In this document: positions 1 to 10,701 of the stretch, in pieces
Layout: every line of letters starts with the position of its first letter
Position numbering within the stretch: the stretch's first letter is position 1
Source of the DNA: Trichormus azollae HNT15244
GTDB taxonomy: Bacteria > Cyanobacteriota > Cyanobacteriia > Cyanobacteriales > Nostocaceae
Length of the DNA stretch: 40,000 nt
NCBI RefSeq assembly: GCF_039871975.1
Contig: NZ_JBDPLL010000001.1
Reading direction: 5' to 3' (one strand)
Position numbers and translations under genes: made by a program
Notes under the pieces: generated by a model
What the model was told of the DNA's origin: nothing
Database searches by the model: none
Seen by the model: only the letters and a program-made list of their open reading frames with translations

Positions 1-966
1 TACATCCAGATTAGCACCACCCACCATACTAGTGAATTGCCCTGTGACTCGATTCCCTACTGGTGGAACACCTATGGCAAGGTACATTATCAAGGTACAT
101 TATCATGGAACAAACTCGATTCTGCTCTGATGTGATAGGGGCCCTAGCAATAGCTCTCCCTACTACATCTTCAAAATTACATCTTCAAACAGGACTTACA
201 GGTGTTAGTTAATGAACTGGGTATCGAAATTCCCATCCCTCATTATCCCCCCTACACCTCCAAGTAGAATCCCATTGGGCATCGTTTCTTTCCTCATATT
301 TCTCCTGTGTGTCAGGGGCTGATTTTTGAGAGTGTCCAGACTGTAAAAATCCTCATGGCAAAGTCCTCTAGGAACTCTAACAACTTGCCTTGGCTCATGT
401 TCCCCCCATAGTACAAGCTGATAATCAGGGTTTTTATTCCTAGACCAAATTCTCCCTCATAACCGCAAGGACGTTCTGCCAAATAGGTTTTTCCTTCTAA
501 TGGTGAGTAGTATTTCTCTTTCCGGTATAGTACGTTATCGGTTGCCAGGATCATGTCTTGGATGATTACTTCATTCATACTCTTTGAACTGCGCGTCTGC
601 TGGCAGTAATTCTTGGGGATATTCTACTATTTCTTCTCTGTCGATTTTAATCGAAGCCTTCTTACTGCCTTTGTTGTCTTTTTTTGGCGTTTGTCGCTCT
701 TTCTCCGATGAGTGATTGCTTGTGAAGCCTTGTTTATTCTTGGTTTTTATCTCTGGCTGACCCTTTTCTCCCCTCAATCGCTTGTTTTCATCTCTTAACC
801 CTTAATTTTGTGCCGATAACTCTTTGACTTCTAATTGTCACTGCTCTATTAGATTCAATAATATCTCTACTGTCTGACCCATGGATTCTTCTGCAATTCC
901 TTTTCGCTCAATGCTTTGCAGCAACTCTGTTTGTGATAAGTCTTTTGCTAAAATTTTTTGCGTCAT
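1..966 (-). pseudogene. IS66-like DDE transposase, fragmented and cut by the window edge
   Basis: Minus-strand pieces lie in three frames. ATG 966..964 opens MTQKILAKDLSQTELLQSIERKG. ORFs 571..777 and 312..578 follow (QDMILATDNVLYRKEKYYSPLEGKTYLAERPCGYEGEFGLGIKTLIISLYYGGNMSQGKLLEFLEDF), with decayed sequence to position 1. The layout resembles IS66-type transposases. Stops and frameshifts separate the pieces, and there is a 13-bp tandem duplication at 78..90/91..103. Confidence 0.55.
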
Positions 967-1038
967 GTCTCATATTTTATAACGCCCTGTGTCCCACCCT
1001 CAACTTTTTCTTTTTTTCTCTTACCCCTACTTAATTAA

Positions 1039-2488
1039 GCCGATATAATTGAGTATTATACAAATCTTGGTGATGTTATTTTGGATTCATTTTGCTGCTC
1101 AGGGATGACAGGAGTAGGAGCAACAGACCTAGGACGTAAAGCTCTCCTATCGGACTTGTCTCCCCCAGCAGCATTTATAGCTGATAACTTAAACACACCG
1201 ATAGATGCTGGTTTATATCTCAATGCAATTAATGAGATTTTAGATCGAGCAGCTTCTCTTGAGAAAAACTTTATACAACCCACTGTCGAGATTGTGGTTC
1301 ACCAGTCAAAGTTTCATATACTGTTTGGATCTACGGCTTAATATGTCAAAATTGTCAGCAAGAGTTTATTTTTTGGGATGTTGGACGTGATAAAAAAGCA
1401 TCAGTGAAAGAAAGCAGAATCAAAAAGAAGTGAACTGTCCTCACTGTAATTTCTTGTTAAAGAAACCTAACCTCAAATGTAGGCAACGTTATCCCTTAGC
1501 AGTCGGTTATAAATGCTATGATAGCAGACTAAAAGGAAGTTCTGTACCTATAAATAATAGACCTCTTGCAAAATTGTTTCTGTCGTATGATAGAGAGTAT
1601 TACATTTTATGTATTTTTGGTGTTCTTTTCGCTCGCCAATTCAGACATAACCGTGTAACTCTAACTTTTGGCTAGAACAAACACAAGCCCCCATTATAAC
1701 ATGAAGTTAATTGTGCAAGAGGTCTAATTTTGATGTTGAATTAATCAACTTAATAGAAAAATCACCAATACCTGAAAATTTATGGTATCCACAAAGTAAA
1801 ATTCCTGAAGGAGTAAATAAACGGCAACTAATTCTGGCTGGAATTAAAACTCCTGACCAATTTTATACTCGTCGCGCTTTATATGCAATGTCATTTCTCT
1901 GGCAAGAAGCATCAAGCTGGACTGATATAAAAGACTGATATAAAAGTCAGAGATAAACTGTTGTTCATAGTTATATCACCATAGCAAAGGATAACAGTAT
2001 TTAGTGAATTTCGTTTTTGGGGTGGCAGTGGTAATAAGGCTAATTTTCATGTACCAACTATAATGAATGAGCAAAATTTATTTCAGGTCTTTACAAGAAA
2101 GGCTCAAACAATTAGTTGGTATTTTCGTGAGTCTGCTCATATTTCTCATACTGTTCAAGTCAGTACACAATCTGCCTGCAATTTACGGCATATACCAGAT
2201 CAATCAGTTGATTATGTTTTCACTAATCCGCCTTTTGGAGCTAAGATCAATTACTCGGAAATGAATTTGCTTTAGGAAAGTTGGCTTCAGCAGTAGACTG
2301 ATAATACAGAAGAGGCAATAGTTAATTCAACTTAAGGTAAAGGTTATCAAGAACACAAACATTTACTTTCTACAGCATTTTCTGAAATCAAGCGAGTCTT
2401 GAAATATGGTAGTTGCTTAACAGTACCCTTTCATAATTCCTCTGAAAAGGCGTGGGTTGTAATTCAAGAAGCTTTAGCTGAATCCTAA
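1039..2488 (+). pseudogene. Zn-ribbon-containing N6-adenine/N4-cytosine DNA methyltransferase, multiply disrupted
   Basis: Frame-hopping plus-strand fragments. SAM-binding motif I-like ILDSFCCSGMTGVGA starts at 1078. A split Zn-ribbon has CQNC at 1344 and NCPHC at 1433, separated by a frameshift. FYTRRALYAMSFLW lies in 1711..1938. Catalytic motif IV DYVFTNPPFG lies in ORF 2063..2275. The C-terminal FHNSSEKAWVVIQEALAES ends at TAA 2486..2488. The 5' end abuts the IS66-like fragment. Confidence 0.65.
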
Positions 2489-2548
2489 GGATTGAGGTGG
2501 TGGGGTGTTGAGAAGTGTGATAGGTGAGGGAGAATATAGCAAGCAGTT

Positions 2549-3966
2549 ATGGAAAGGAACCTACCACGAAAACTAGACACAGAGATATTGAAGCAGTTGG
2601 CAACAGAGCAACTGGTAGAAATCATTATTGAGGAGGGGAAAAGTATAGAGAAGCTAACAAATAGAGTAGTAGAAATAGAGAAACTCAAAGTCAGTAGAGA
2701 TTTAGATAGCATCAGATTATGGAAAGCACCGTCGGGAAACATCCTCAAAAAAACCGAGAACCAACAACAAGATAAACCGGAATAAAACCAGACACTAAAA
2801 CGGAAACCAGGAGGACAACCAGTCCATAGGAGAAAAACGAGAAAGGGGTTGGGTGGAGTAGATAGATTTGAGATCCTGGGACCACAAGTGTGTAGATGGT
2901 ATGGTCAGGGGTAATTGTTTGGCGAACCAATAAAAATGGAAACACAACAAGTAGGGGAGTTAGTGGACAGGCCAATCGAAATAGTAGTATATCTAAAGAT
3001 ATAGGTGTATTTGCAGTGTGTGTGGAGAAACACAAACGGCAGACTAGTCACCAGAGATAGTACTAGGACAAGATATAGGAATCAGACTACAAGCTTTTTT
3101 GGGATGGCTCAATAACTACGGGCATTTAGCCTATGAAAGACAACAAGAACTTTTGTGGGAACTGGGTCAAATAGAAATTGGAGTGGGAACATTAGTAGCT
3201 AGGAATGAAGGATATAGATGGTGCAGTGGCTCAAATTGATAGCCTCAAACAGTGGATAAAACCAACCCAGCCTAATATCCTTGCGGATGAAACACCCTGG
3301 GTAGTCAAAGGGGTGAAAGAATGTTTATGGATTTTTTTTGCCAATACTGACTTCTCTTGATTTCATGGTCCTGATACTCCTTCTCCTGCCGAATTAGAAT
3401 CCATTGTGGGTTATAGTTACTCTGGTGTAGTCAGTTGTAATAACTTTACTGCCTATAACGGTGATCCGCTCAAAGCTCAACACAAATATCAGGTACATCT
3501 ACTCCGTCTCTTCAAGAAACTAATCAAGATTCCTGGCTGAAATCACCAAGCAGTTGGCACACAATTCATCGACCTGATAGATGAAAGTTTTAAAAACTAC
3601 GCTTTATTCCAACAAACCCAAAACCTTGATGAATTCTTGACTTGGGCATGCTAGTTTCAAGCAAAAGTTGAATCTTCCATTCATTCATTGATAAAGCCGG
3701 AGGGAAACCTGGTAAACTTTTACCTTCCTTACCCAATAGACCTTGATAATTATTGAGCTGAACTAAGGTTACTTTTAGCACTGACAAAAGGAAAAGTCTG
3801 TGATGGTTCTATTTCTATGGAGCGATTGCAACATACTGCCAATTTATTGACGGTTATACAAACTTATTGCCCTCAAGCACTGTCTCTAATTGAGTTTTTT
3901 GACCAACCTATCAAAGGGATGGTTAACTCTGCTTTGCAGACACCTTCTTTAATCCCTCTAGCTTAG
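2549..3966 (+). pseudogene. IS66-family transposase, multiply frameshifted
   Basis: ORF 2549..2785 is a coiled N-terminus (MERNLPRKLDTEILKQLATEQLVEIIIEEG). Downstream frames give a KPGGQPVH-type segment, a Cys pair, ADETPWVVKGVKECLW (about 3290) and further transposase-like text to about 3966. Many stops are present. Confidence 0.6.
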
Positions 3967-3997
3967 ACTTGAATCCTTACCAATAAATTCGTATAGT

Positions 3998-4249
3998 TTA
4001 CCCTTCAAGCACACGCACATAAATAGCCCGTGCTATGTCCCGCTCGATAGTCATTGGCAGATTACTAACTTTAATCACAAAAGTGGGAAACTGCTGTTCT
4101 ACAAGAACTTGAGTTCCTGTCTTTATACCCATTGATATCAGTTTCTTTCTAATGATTTCATCTTGAGTTTTACAGACAGTGACAATACCTTGCTCACCAG
4201 TTTTCAGCAATTCTAAAGAGCAGCCCATGACACTAAAAGGAGTAAACAT
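3998..4249 (-). CDS. FeoA-domain small protein (no feoB partner visible; an IS66 pseudogene lies immediately downstream)
   Basis: 83 aa. LELLKTGEQGIVTVC...LISMGIKTGTQVLVEQQFPTFVIKVSNLPMTIERDIARAIYV fits the FeoA SH3-like pattern. Confidence 0.6.
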   Translation of the reverse strand: MFTPFSVMGCSLELLKTGEQGIVTVCKTQDEIIRKKLISMGIKTGTQVLVEQQFPTFVIKVSNLPMTIERDIARAIYVRVLEG

Positions 4250-4331
4250 TGCAGAATAAGAATAACAAAAGATAAAAATTGCAATGATGAAAGGTGTTTA
4301 TCATCTTCCATCATTGTTAAATGATAAATCT

Positions 4332-4351
4332 AGTAATGCTAAAACATTACT
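4332..4351 (-). terminator. AT-rich hairpin just 3' of fdxH (possible terminator)
   Basis: AGTAATG / CATTACT 7-bp stem with a 6-nt loop, 10 nt past the fdxH stop. A moderately T-rich tract follows on the minus strand. Confidence 0.3.
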
Positions 4352-4360
4352 GATATTTTA

Positions 4361-4660
4361 TTAAGCAAGGTAAGGTTCTTGATGAGTTTTGATTGTGCAG
4401 TTGGAACGGGGATATGTAACGCACAATAAGGCGAAACCTTTAGCCATTTGCTCATCATCTAAGAAGTTTTGATCATCTTGGTTGATTTCACCTTCTACAA
4501 CTTTACCTACACAGCTAGAGCAAGAACCAGCGTGACAAGAGAATGGTAATTCAATACCAGCTTCTTCTGCACCATCGAGAATTGTAGTTTCTTCGTCGAT
4601 TTCAATTGTAGTGTCGAGTTCTTCTTTTTTGTTGATCAATCTTACTTGATAGGCAGCCAT
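4361..4660 (-). CDS. fdxH: Plant-type [2Fe-2S] ferredoxin, heterocyst type
   Basis: 99 aa. [12 protein letters not shown]...[21 protein letters not shown]...ALLCVTYP carries the Cys ligands. It occupies the position after hesB, as in Anabaena/Nostoc nif clusters. Confidence 0.9.
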   Translation of the reverse strand: MAAYQVRLINKKEELDTTIEIDEETTILDGAEEAGIELPFSCHAGSCSSCVGKVVEGEINQDDQNFLDDEQMAKGFALLCVTYPRSNCTIKTHQEPYLA

Positions 4661-4855
4661 TTTTCGGTTCTCCTCAAACGTGAATAGAATTACTTTGGTA
4701 ACTTGGTTAAGTCTCCCCTTCTTAGGGCGGGGAAATCCTCCCTTCCGTACACAAAAAATGTGGAGTATGTCTACGGGAAACTTGTAAAGTTGTAATTAGC
4801 AGAATAGAACTTAGGAAAGTTTCTATATATATTTTTTCCCAAGTTCTAATTTTTT

Positions 4856-5230
4856 TCAGCTGCAAGGTACACCTTTCGGTGAACAATCGCCTGCTTTAAA
4901 AGACTTTCCACAACCGCAGGTGTCAGTTACATTGGGATTGCTGAACTTAAAACCGCTGTCCATTACTCCCTCAACAAAATCAATTACCACACCTTCTAAT
5001 AACGGTGCACTTTTAGTATCCACGTAAACCAACACATTTCCTTGTTGGCTGACAACATCATCTGGTTGTGGCTTACTGGTAATTTCAATTCCATACTCAT
5101 AGCCATTGCAACCACCATCTTTAACCAAGATGCGGATACCTTTTGTAGCGTTATTAGTTTCCTCAGTTGCGGAACCTCTTAAAAATGCCCTCAGACGAAA
5201 TTCTGCCTTTTCTGTTAAAATAACAGTCAT
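4856..5230 (-). CDS. hesB: HesB/IscA-type iron-sulfur cluster assembly protein
   Basis: 124 aa with the C-terminal FKFSNPNVTDTCGCGKSF signature of A-type carriers. Confidence 0.9.
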   Translation of the reverse strand: MTVILTEKAEFRLRAFLRGSATEETNNATKGIRILVKDGGCNGYEYGIEITSKPQPDDVVSQQGNVLVYVDTKSAPLLEGVVIDFVEGVMDSGFKFSNPNVTDTCGCGKSFKAGDCSPKGVPCS

Positions 5231-5292
5231 TTTGTTTCCTGTTCTGTAGCGATTATTCTGATTTGAGATGTGGATTTTTTAGATTTGGTACT

Positions 5293-6075
5293 TTACACGG
5301 TTACAGATTGGGATTGGGAGTATCTCCAAGGTGCAGTATTACCGCAGACTGGACAGTTGCGATCACGATGAGAACGACGTTTAGCAAACTCCATTCTGTT
5401 AAAATCTATTGTCAGCAGTTCCGATAATAGCGGTTGACTAAACCCGGTAATCAGCTTGATTGCTTCCAACGCTGTCAAACAAGCCAGAGTGCCAGAAACA
5501 GCCCCTACAACTGAAAAACCACGCCGATCCCAATCAGGCTTTTCTGGAAACAGACAGGACAAACAAGGAGTCACACCAGGAATAATCGTGGTTAGATAAG
5601 CCTCCATCCCGTCCATAGCAGCCTCTACCATTGGCTTACGCCAACGCACACAAGCTTCATTTAACAAATTCCGCTCCGTGAAATTGTGAGGGCAGTCCAG
5701 AGCCATATCTGCCGATTGTACCAATGAATCTACATTTTCCGGGGTGATATAATCATAAATCGCTTCAATCTGCACATCAGGATTAATACCTGCCAGAGTT
5801 TCTTTGGCTTTGAATACTCTTGGTTTTCCTACCCAATCGTCAGTCATCAAAACTTGACGATTCATATCATCCTGACGCAAATCACCACCCCGGACTAGGA
5901 TTAGCCGCCCAACACCTGCTACTGCTAAGTAAAGCGCCGCCGTACCGCCTAATCCTCCCACACCAGTCACCAAAACCGTCGCTGACTTCAGGCGCTTTTG
6001 AGCCACTGCGCCAAAATTCGGGAGCATCATTTGGCGACTATAGCGTTCTAATTCGGTAGGCGTTAGGTTGATCAA
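5293..6075 (-). CDS. hesA: HesA (ThiF/MoeB-family adenylyltransferase)
   Basis: 260 aa. RYSRQMMLPNFG, the GVGGLGG nucleotide loop, and Zn-site pairs CLSC and CPVC. Confidence 0.9.
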   Translation of the reverse strand: MINLTPTELERYSRQMMLPNFGAVAQKRLKSATVLVTGVGGLGGTAALYLAVAGVGRLILVRGGDLRQDDMNRQVLMTDDWVGKPRVFKAKETLAGINPDVQIEAIYDYITPENVDSLVQSADMALDCPHNFTERNLLNEACVRWRKPMVEAAMDGMEAYLTTIIPGVTPCLSCLFPEKPDWDRRGFSVVGAVSGTLACLTALEAIKLITGFSQPLLSELLTIDFNRMEFAKRRSHRDRNCPVCGNTAPWRYSQSQSVTV

Positions 6076-6085
6076 TTTATACCTC

Positions 6086-6403
6086 CTAATCAGAAGTTAT
6101 TTCTGTAAGCGTGACTACATTCTTTGGCTTATCGTTAAACACCTTAAACAGCTTTTGTTCATGGGGTGTTGATTCCTGAAAAACCTGGTAAGCTTTTTGC
6201 AAAGCCAAACAATATTGAGTTAATTTTTCTTCTGCACCTAAGTCAGGAAATTGATCATCAATTTCATTCATGTATTGAGAAAACTTTTTCAATATATGAA
6301 GACGATTGACATTTACAAATTTCTGGTCATAAGGCAGTTGAAAAAAGATAAAATACTCTTCTGCATCTACAAGCCTATTGAATTCTTCAATAGTTCCACT
6401 CAT
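6086..6403 (-). CDS. nifW: Nitrogenase-stabilizing/protective protein NifW
   Basis: 105 aa. AEEYFIFFQLPYDQKFVNVNRLHILKKF is typical NifW. It has a 4-nt overlap with the upstream small gene. Confidence 0.85.
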   Translation of the reverse strand: MSGTIEEFNRLVDAEEYFIFFQLPYDQKFVNVNRLHILKKFSQYMNEIDDQFPDLGAEEKLTQYCLALQKAYQVFQESTPHEQKLFKVFNDKPKNVVTLTEITSD

Positions 6404-6600
6404 TTAGCATCCTCCATTTTTTTTAGCTGTTGCTTGAGTTCATCTAACTCTAGGTAGATTTCGTAAGTCTCAGTCGCAACATCCATAAGTGTTTTGTAAT
6501 CTGTTGGTAGTCCCTCAGCTAAATCATGCAAGTCCATTTTCATTTGACCTGCTTTGCTATTTAGCTTTCTAATTTTTGCTGTGAGTTCCTCAATCGTCAT
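6400..6600 (-). CDS. Small helical nif-cluster protein (Rop-like/DUF683 type)
   Basis: 66 aa. MTIEELTAKIRKLNSKAGQMKMDLHDLAEGLPTDY. It holds the conserved position between the DUF269 gene and nifW in cyanobacterial nif clusters. Confidence 0.7.
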   Translation of the reverse strand: MTIEELTAKIRKLNSKAGQMKMDLHDLAEGLPTDYKTLMDVATETYEIYLELDELKQQLKKMEDAK

Positions 6601-6666
6601 TGGTGATTGGCAATTGGTAATTGGGTTATTAATTTCCCCTTGTCCCCAGTCCCCAATTCCGAAGTC
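6601..6666. repeat. STRR-type heptamer repeats forming an imperfect hairpin
   Basis: TGGTGAT TGGCAAT TGGTAAT TGGG ... CCCCAGT CCCCAAT. The arms are partly complementary. Confidence 0.8.
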
Positions 6667-7143
6667 TTAAATATTTCCTACTTCTGGGAAATGGTTAGCT
6701 AAATCAACGCCTTTTTTCACAAAGTTTTCTCCCTCTTCAGCTAATTTTTCTAGGGAGTCAAAACCATAACGGTGAGCATCGCGTAAAGTCTTTACAGCTA
6801 ACAATAAACGACCAGAAAAGACTAATGCCCAACCAAAACCTTCATGACCTAAGTCAACTACCACGTTAGATATTAGTCCGGTTTCTTTTTCAATGCTGGC
6901 TGCGACAGCACGGAAAAAGGCGTTGATCCGAGAAATAGTTGCTGGGTCTACTTCACCTTCAACAGAAATTTCTCGTTTCTTTTGTTTAGTGACAACAAAC
7001 GGTTTCAAAATTAATTCATCAGACCAACTCCGGTAAAAACCATAGCTGTCTTGCGCCCGGATTTGTTGGACTAAACTCTTGAGAAAAGGTGAAGTAATTT
7101 CTGTGTTGGTAGCAGTTCCGTTCACACTGTTATTTCCACTCAT
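6667..7143 (-). CDS. NifX-associated nitrogen fixation protein (DUF269 family)
   Basis: 158 aa. IRAQDSYGFYRSWSDELIL...LGHEGFGWALVFSGRLLLAVKTLRDAHRYGFDS. It has a 4-nt overlap with nifX. Confidence 0.85.
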   Translation of the reverse strand: MSGNNSVNGTATNTEITSPFLKSLVQQIRAQDSYGFYRSWSDELILKPFVVTKQKKREISVEGEVDPATISRINAFFRAVAASIEKETGLISNVVVDLGHEGFGWALVFSGRLLLAVKTLRDAHRYGFDSLEKLAEEGENFVKKGVDLANHFPEVGNI

Positions 7144-7559
7144 ACCGTTGCTTCGTTTTCAACCTCATCTGCAAAGTTTAATGTTTTTAGTTGTAAGGCT
7201 TTACGCAACCAGGGGGGAGGATTACCTTTAAGAGTTTTAACTAGTTTAGTCAGGACTTCTTCAATTTTTTCTTCCTCTGATTTAGCCTTTACTGGAGTCA
7301 CACCTTTTTTAATTAGGCGTGCAGCAGCACTACCACCAATGGCGACAACATAAATAATTGTGCAACCATTAAGCGCCTCAAGTTTAGGTGTGATTTTATC
7401 TTCATTGCCATCTTCTGTGAGGTCCCCTTCAAATTTCAGAGTTTCTAGAAATTCATATCCATGATCGGAAATTTCATAGACATCAATTTCTTTAGCCCAC
7501 CCAAAGTGGGCATTAACATGAATTCTATCTGTGGTGGTAAAGGCGATTTTCACTTTCAT
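7140..7559 (-). CDS. nifX: FeMo-cofactor biosynthesis protein NifX
   Basis: 139 aa. MKVKIAFTTTDRIHVNAHFGWAKEIDVYEI...IYVVAIGGSAAARLIKKGV. Confidence 0.9.
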   Translation of the reverse strand: MKVKIAFTTTDRIHVNAHFGWAKEIDVYEISDHGYEFLETLKFEGDLTEDGNEDKITPKLEALNGCTIIYVVAIGGSAAARLIKKGVTPVKAKSEEEKIEEVLTKLVKTLKGNPPPWLRKALQLKTLNFADEVENEATV

Positions 7560-7615
7560 TAGTCCTTAGTAAGAAGATGGAATAGGAAACAGAAAATAGC
7601 GAATAAATAGGAAAT

Positions 7616-7702
7616 AAAAGGTAAAAGGTAAAAGGTAAAAGGTAAAAATAAAAGTTGATTAATTTATTTCTGTTACCTGTCACCTGTCACCTGTCACCTG
7701 TC
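7616..7702. repeat. Two back-to-back heptamer arrays in the nifN-nifX spacer
   Basis: 4 x AAAAGGT (7616..7643) and 4 x ACCTGTC (7675..7702). The units share the complementary AGGT/ACCT cores. Confidence 0.9.
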
Positions 7703-7704
7703 AC

Positions 7705-9036
7705 CTAATCCCTATTAATTACTGATGACGAATAATTCATCATTAATGACTCTTCATATTCTATAAACAGGTTTCCTATACCAAATAAAAGTTCCATAGT
7801 TCCGCGATAGCCTACTTTGGTAAATAGACCATTTCCTAAGCGGTCATAGATGGGAATTCCTAAACGATAGTGGGGAATTTTGAGGCGTTTTGATATGGTA
7901 TTCATATTAGAATTACCAATCAATAAATCAGAACCAACTGCTAAATCTTCCAAATCTTCCAAATCACCAATAGTAATATTTTTTATAGGAAGTTGTTCTA
8001 ACAAAGGTGATCGCGTCGTTGTCACAGCAGCATGAATAGAAGCCCCCATTGACTGTAGAAACCTCACTGTAGTCCACATTAAATCCGGTTCTAAAGCTAA
8101 AGAAACCCGTTTAGCACCGAAGTAAAAATGAGTATCCAACATCGCATCTTGCAGCTGACGACGTTGACGACAATATTTTTCCGGTACGGGATTACCACTC
8201 AAAACTAATAAAGCCTGTAAAAACTCATCCACAGGTTCTAAACCAGTCAAATCCCGAAAAACTTCGTAATCTGTATTAAAACGTTCTTGGAGAATTTTTG
8301 CAGCACCACGCATACTTTCACCTAAAGCGAAAGTGAAAGCAGAACTACCCAAAGAACGGAGTTGTTTAAGAGTCGTACCACTAACAGTTACTGCGCTGTA
8401 GTCATCTTCCAAATGACCATCCAACGAAGCACCCAAATCAGGGACAAAAATCGGTTCTAGTCCAAAAGATGTTACCATCTCTCGAACTTCCTGCACATCA
8501 CCAGGAGTAAAAGCCGAACCTGCTAAAATCGTAATTTGTTGAGGTTTAATTCCTCCAGCTTTAGGAATTTCCTTCAGAATACTTTCTACAGCTACCGCAA
8601 AACCATCTTGTAACGCACCTTTAAAATCAGGAGTCGGAGCAAAAACAATTGCTAAATAGTCAAGTTCTGGATGACGTTCCCTAATATCCTTCAAGAAACG
8701 TTCAATATCATCTCCTCTCGTTTCTGTTAATCCAGTCGTACACAAGCCGATAATTTCCGGTTTAGCTTTTTCCACCAAAGTGAGAATAGCTTCTTCAACA
8801 TTTTCCTCACCACCCAAAATAGTGGTAACTTCCGTCATTGCTGTAGTAGCAAGAGGAATTGCTTCCCGAAAATGTCGAACCAAAACCACCTTAGCAAAAG
8901 CAGTACAACCTTGAGAACCATGAAACAAAGGCATAGTTCCCTTCAAACCCAAAAAAGCTAAAGATGCACCTAAAGCTTGACTTTGTTTGAGAGGACTAAC
9001 AGTAACAGACTTATTGGGAACAGTGACAATTGCCAT
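7705..9036 (-). CDS. nifN: Nitrogenase FeMo-cofactor scaffold subunit NifN
   Basis: 443 aa. PLFHGSQGCTAFAKV, CTTGLTETRGDD. Confidence 0.95.
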   Translation of the reverse strand: MAIVTVPNKSVTVSPLKQSQALGASLAFLGLKGTMPLFHGSQGCTAFAKVVLVRHFREAIPLATTAMTEVTTILGGEENVEEAILTLVEKAKPEIIGLCTTGLTETRGDDIERFLKDIRERHPELDYLAIVFAPTPDFKGALQDGFAVAVESILKEIPKAGGIKPQQITILAGSAFTPGDVQEVREMVTSFGLEPIFVPDLGASLDGHLEDDYSAVTVSGTTLKQLRSLGSSAFTFALGESMRGAAKILQERFNTDYEVFRDLTGLEPVDEFLQALLVLSGNPVPEKYCRQRRQLQDAMLDTHFYFGAKRVSLALEPDLMWTTVRFLQSMGASIHAAVTTTRSPLLEQLPIKNITIGDLEDLEDLAVGSDLLIGNSNMNTISKRLKIPHYRLGIPIYDRLGNGLFTKVGYRGTMELLFGIGNLFIEYEESLMMNYSSSVINRD

Positions 9037-9070
9037 AAATTAATCTCAATAATATCAAAATAATTTGTAG

Positions 9071-9098
9071 GGAGTCAGGAGTTAGGAGTCAGGAGTCC
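9071..9098. repeat. Heptamer repeat array in the nifE-nifN spacer
   Basis: GGAGTCA GGAGTTA GGAGTCA GGAGTCC. Confidence 0.85.
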
Positions 9099-9149
9099 AA
9101 AAAATAACTATTCCTTATTCCCTAATTACTGTCACCTGTGACCTAAAAA

Positions 9150-10535
9150 TTACTCCCAAGGCGCAGGCTTACGAATTTGTTCCCAAATTGGACTATACAA
9201 AGCCTCATATAACTCCCGTGCCATTTCCACCATTCCCATATAACCTGCATAGGGATGATGACGTTCTTGGTTAATATCTAAAAATGGAATTCTTGCCTTT
9301 AAAGCTGTGTACTGATTTCGACCACCAGCTATTAGCATATCAGCTTTAGTTTCTCTCACTAATTTTAGCAATTCTTGGGCATTACCCTTTTCCAACATAA
9401 TGCCATCATTACCAAGTAATCTCTTAATTTTGGATTTATCTTCTTCTGTACTTTTGCGTGTACTAGTAGCAACTACTTCAATTCCTAAATCCTTAGCAGC
9501 AGAAATGATTGACCAACTTTTCACACCACCAGTATACAGAACCACCCGTTTACCCTTTAGGCGTTTTCTATAGGGAGCAAGGGCAATATCTAAAGCCGCT
9601 GTTTCATCTGTAATTAACTTTTCAGTCCGTGCTTGTAAATCAGGATCACCTAATTTAGCTGCAATAGTTTTGAGACAACGATTAATATCATTAATACCGT
9701 AAAAAGACTCTTCAATGTAAGGAATGCCGTAACGTTCCTCCATTTTCCGCGCCATATTTAATAAGGCCCGTGAGCAAATCATTACATTTAACTTAGCGCG
9801 GTGAGCATAACGAATTTCTTCATAACGAGCATCACCAGTGATTTTTGATAAGACGCGAATGCCTAATTTTTCAAATAAAGGCAAAACGCTCCACATTTCA
9901 CCAGCAATATTGTATTCACCAATCAAATTAATATCATAAGGTGTAGTATATTCAGGTTCAGCAGTGCCAACTACATATTCTAGTAAAGCTTCACCACCAA
10001 AACGATTACCTAGATTTTTACTACCAGTAAATCCCGGAGCAATTACTGGAATAACAGGAGTACCAATTTTCTCAGCCGCAACTTTACAAACTGCATCAAT
10101 ATCATCGCCGATTAAAGCAGTTACACAAGTAGCGTAAACAAAGATAGCGGCTGGTTTGTAGCGTTCATTAACTTCCAAAATTGCCTTATAAAGCTTTTTC
10201 TCACCACCAAAAATTACATCATTTTCACTAAGATCAGTGGTAAAACCAGTCTTATAGAGCATTGGACCAGAAGAAAGACTTCCACGACTTCCCCAAGAGT
10301 TACCAGCACAAGCAATAGGTCCATGAACCAAATGAGCAGCATCAGTAATAGGTACTAATGTAATCATTGCACCATCAAAAGCACATCCTCCTTGAGCAGC
10401 ACCTGGTTGAGCTTGTTGTGTACAAGATTTGTTTTTCTTGTCTGCCTGTTTATGTTGATTATGTTGACATCCTGATTCACTAAGTAACTCGTTAATTTTG
10501 CCTTGGGTAATTTTCATCTCTCTTCTCGCGCTCAA
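9150..10535 (-). CDS. nifE: Nitrogenase FeMo-cofactor scaffold subunit NifE
   Basis: 461 aa. [37 protein letters not shown]. The true start may be the [12 protein letters not shown] Met at 10517. Confidence 0.95.
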   Translation of the reverse strand: MSARREMKITQGKINELLSESGCQHNQHKQADKKNKSCTQQAQPGAAQGGCAFDGAMITLVPITDAAHLVHGPIACAGNSWGSRGSLSSGPMLYKTGFTTDLSENDVIFGGEKKLYKAILEVNERYKPAAIFVYATCVTALIGDDIDAVCKVAAEKIGTPVIPVIAPGFTGSKNLGNRFGGEALLEYVVGTAEPEYTTPYDINLIGEYNIAGEMWSVLPLFEKLGIRVLSKITGDARYEEIRYAHRAKLNVMICSRALLNMARKMEERYGIPYIEESFYGINDINRCLKTIAAKLGDPDLQARTEKLITDETAALDIALAPYRKRLKGKRVVLYTGGVKSWSIISAAKDLGIEVVATSTRKSTEEDKSKIKRLLGNDGIMLEKGNAQELLKLVRETKADMLIAGGRNQYTALKARIPFLDINQERHHPYAGYMGMVEMARELYEALYSPIWEQIRKPAPWE

Positions 10536-10701
10536 TGGAAGTTGTTAATTGAAATGTGGGCAAACCTAAATAGATTTCCTGAAAAATTCCTCTTTACACA
10601 AAGATTCACACAGATAAAGATTTAGAAAAGATGTCTATTTATCTGTAACTGAATTCTCATAATATCAATCCTTGATAATTGTCATTTGAAATTATTGAAT
10701 A

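Noticed and set aside
2485-3787. Minus-strand ORFs 2485..2748, 2745..3035 and 3590..3787.
   Set aside because: They lie opposite the IS66-family transposase remnants. The peptides are hydrophobic low-complexity text typical of antisense frames.
7616-7702. Regularly spaced short repeats that might suggest a CRISPR array. The same applies to 9071..9098 and 18419..18545.
   Set aside because: The units are 7 nt, directly abutting, with no spacers and no cas genes. This is the STRR heptamer class of heterocystous cyanobacteria, not CRISPR.
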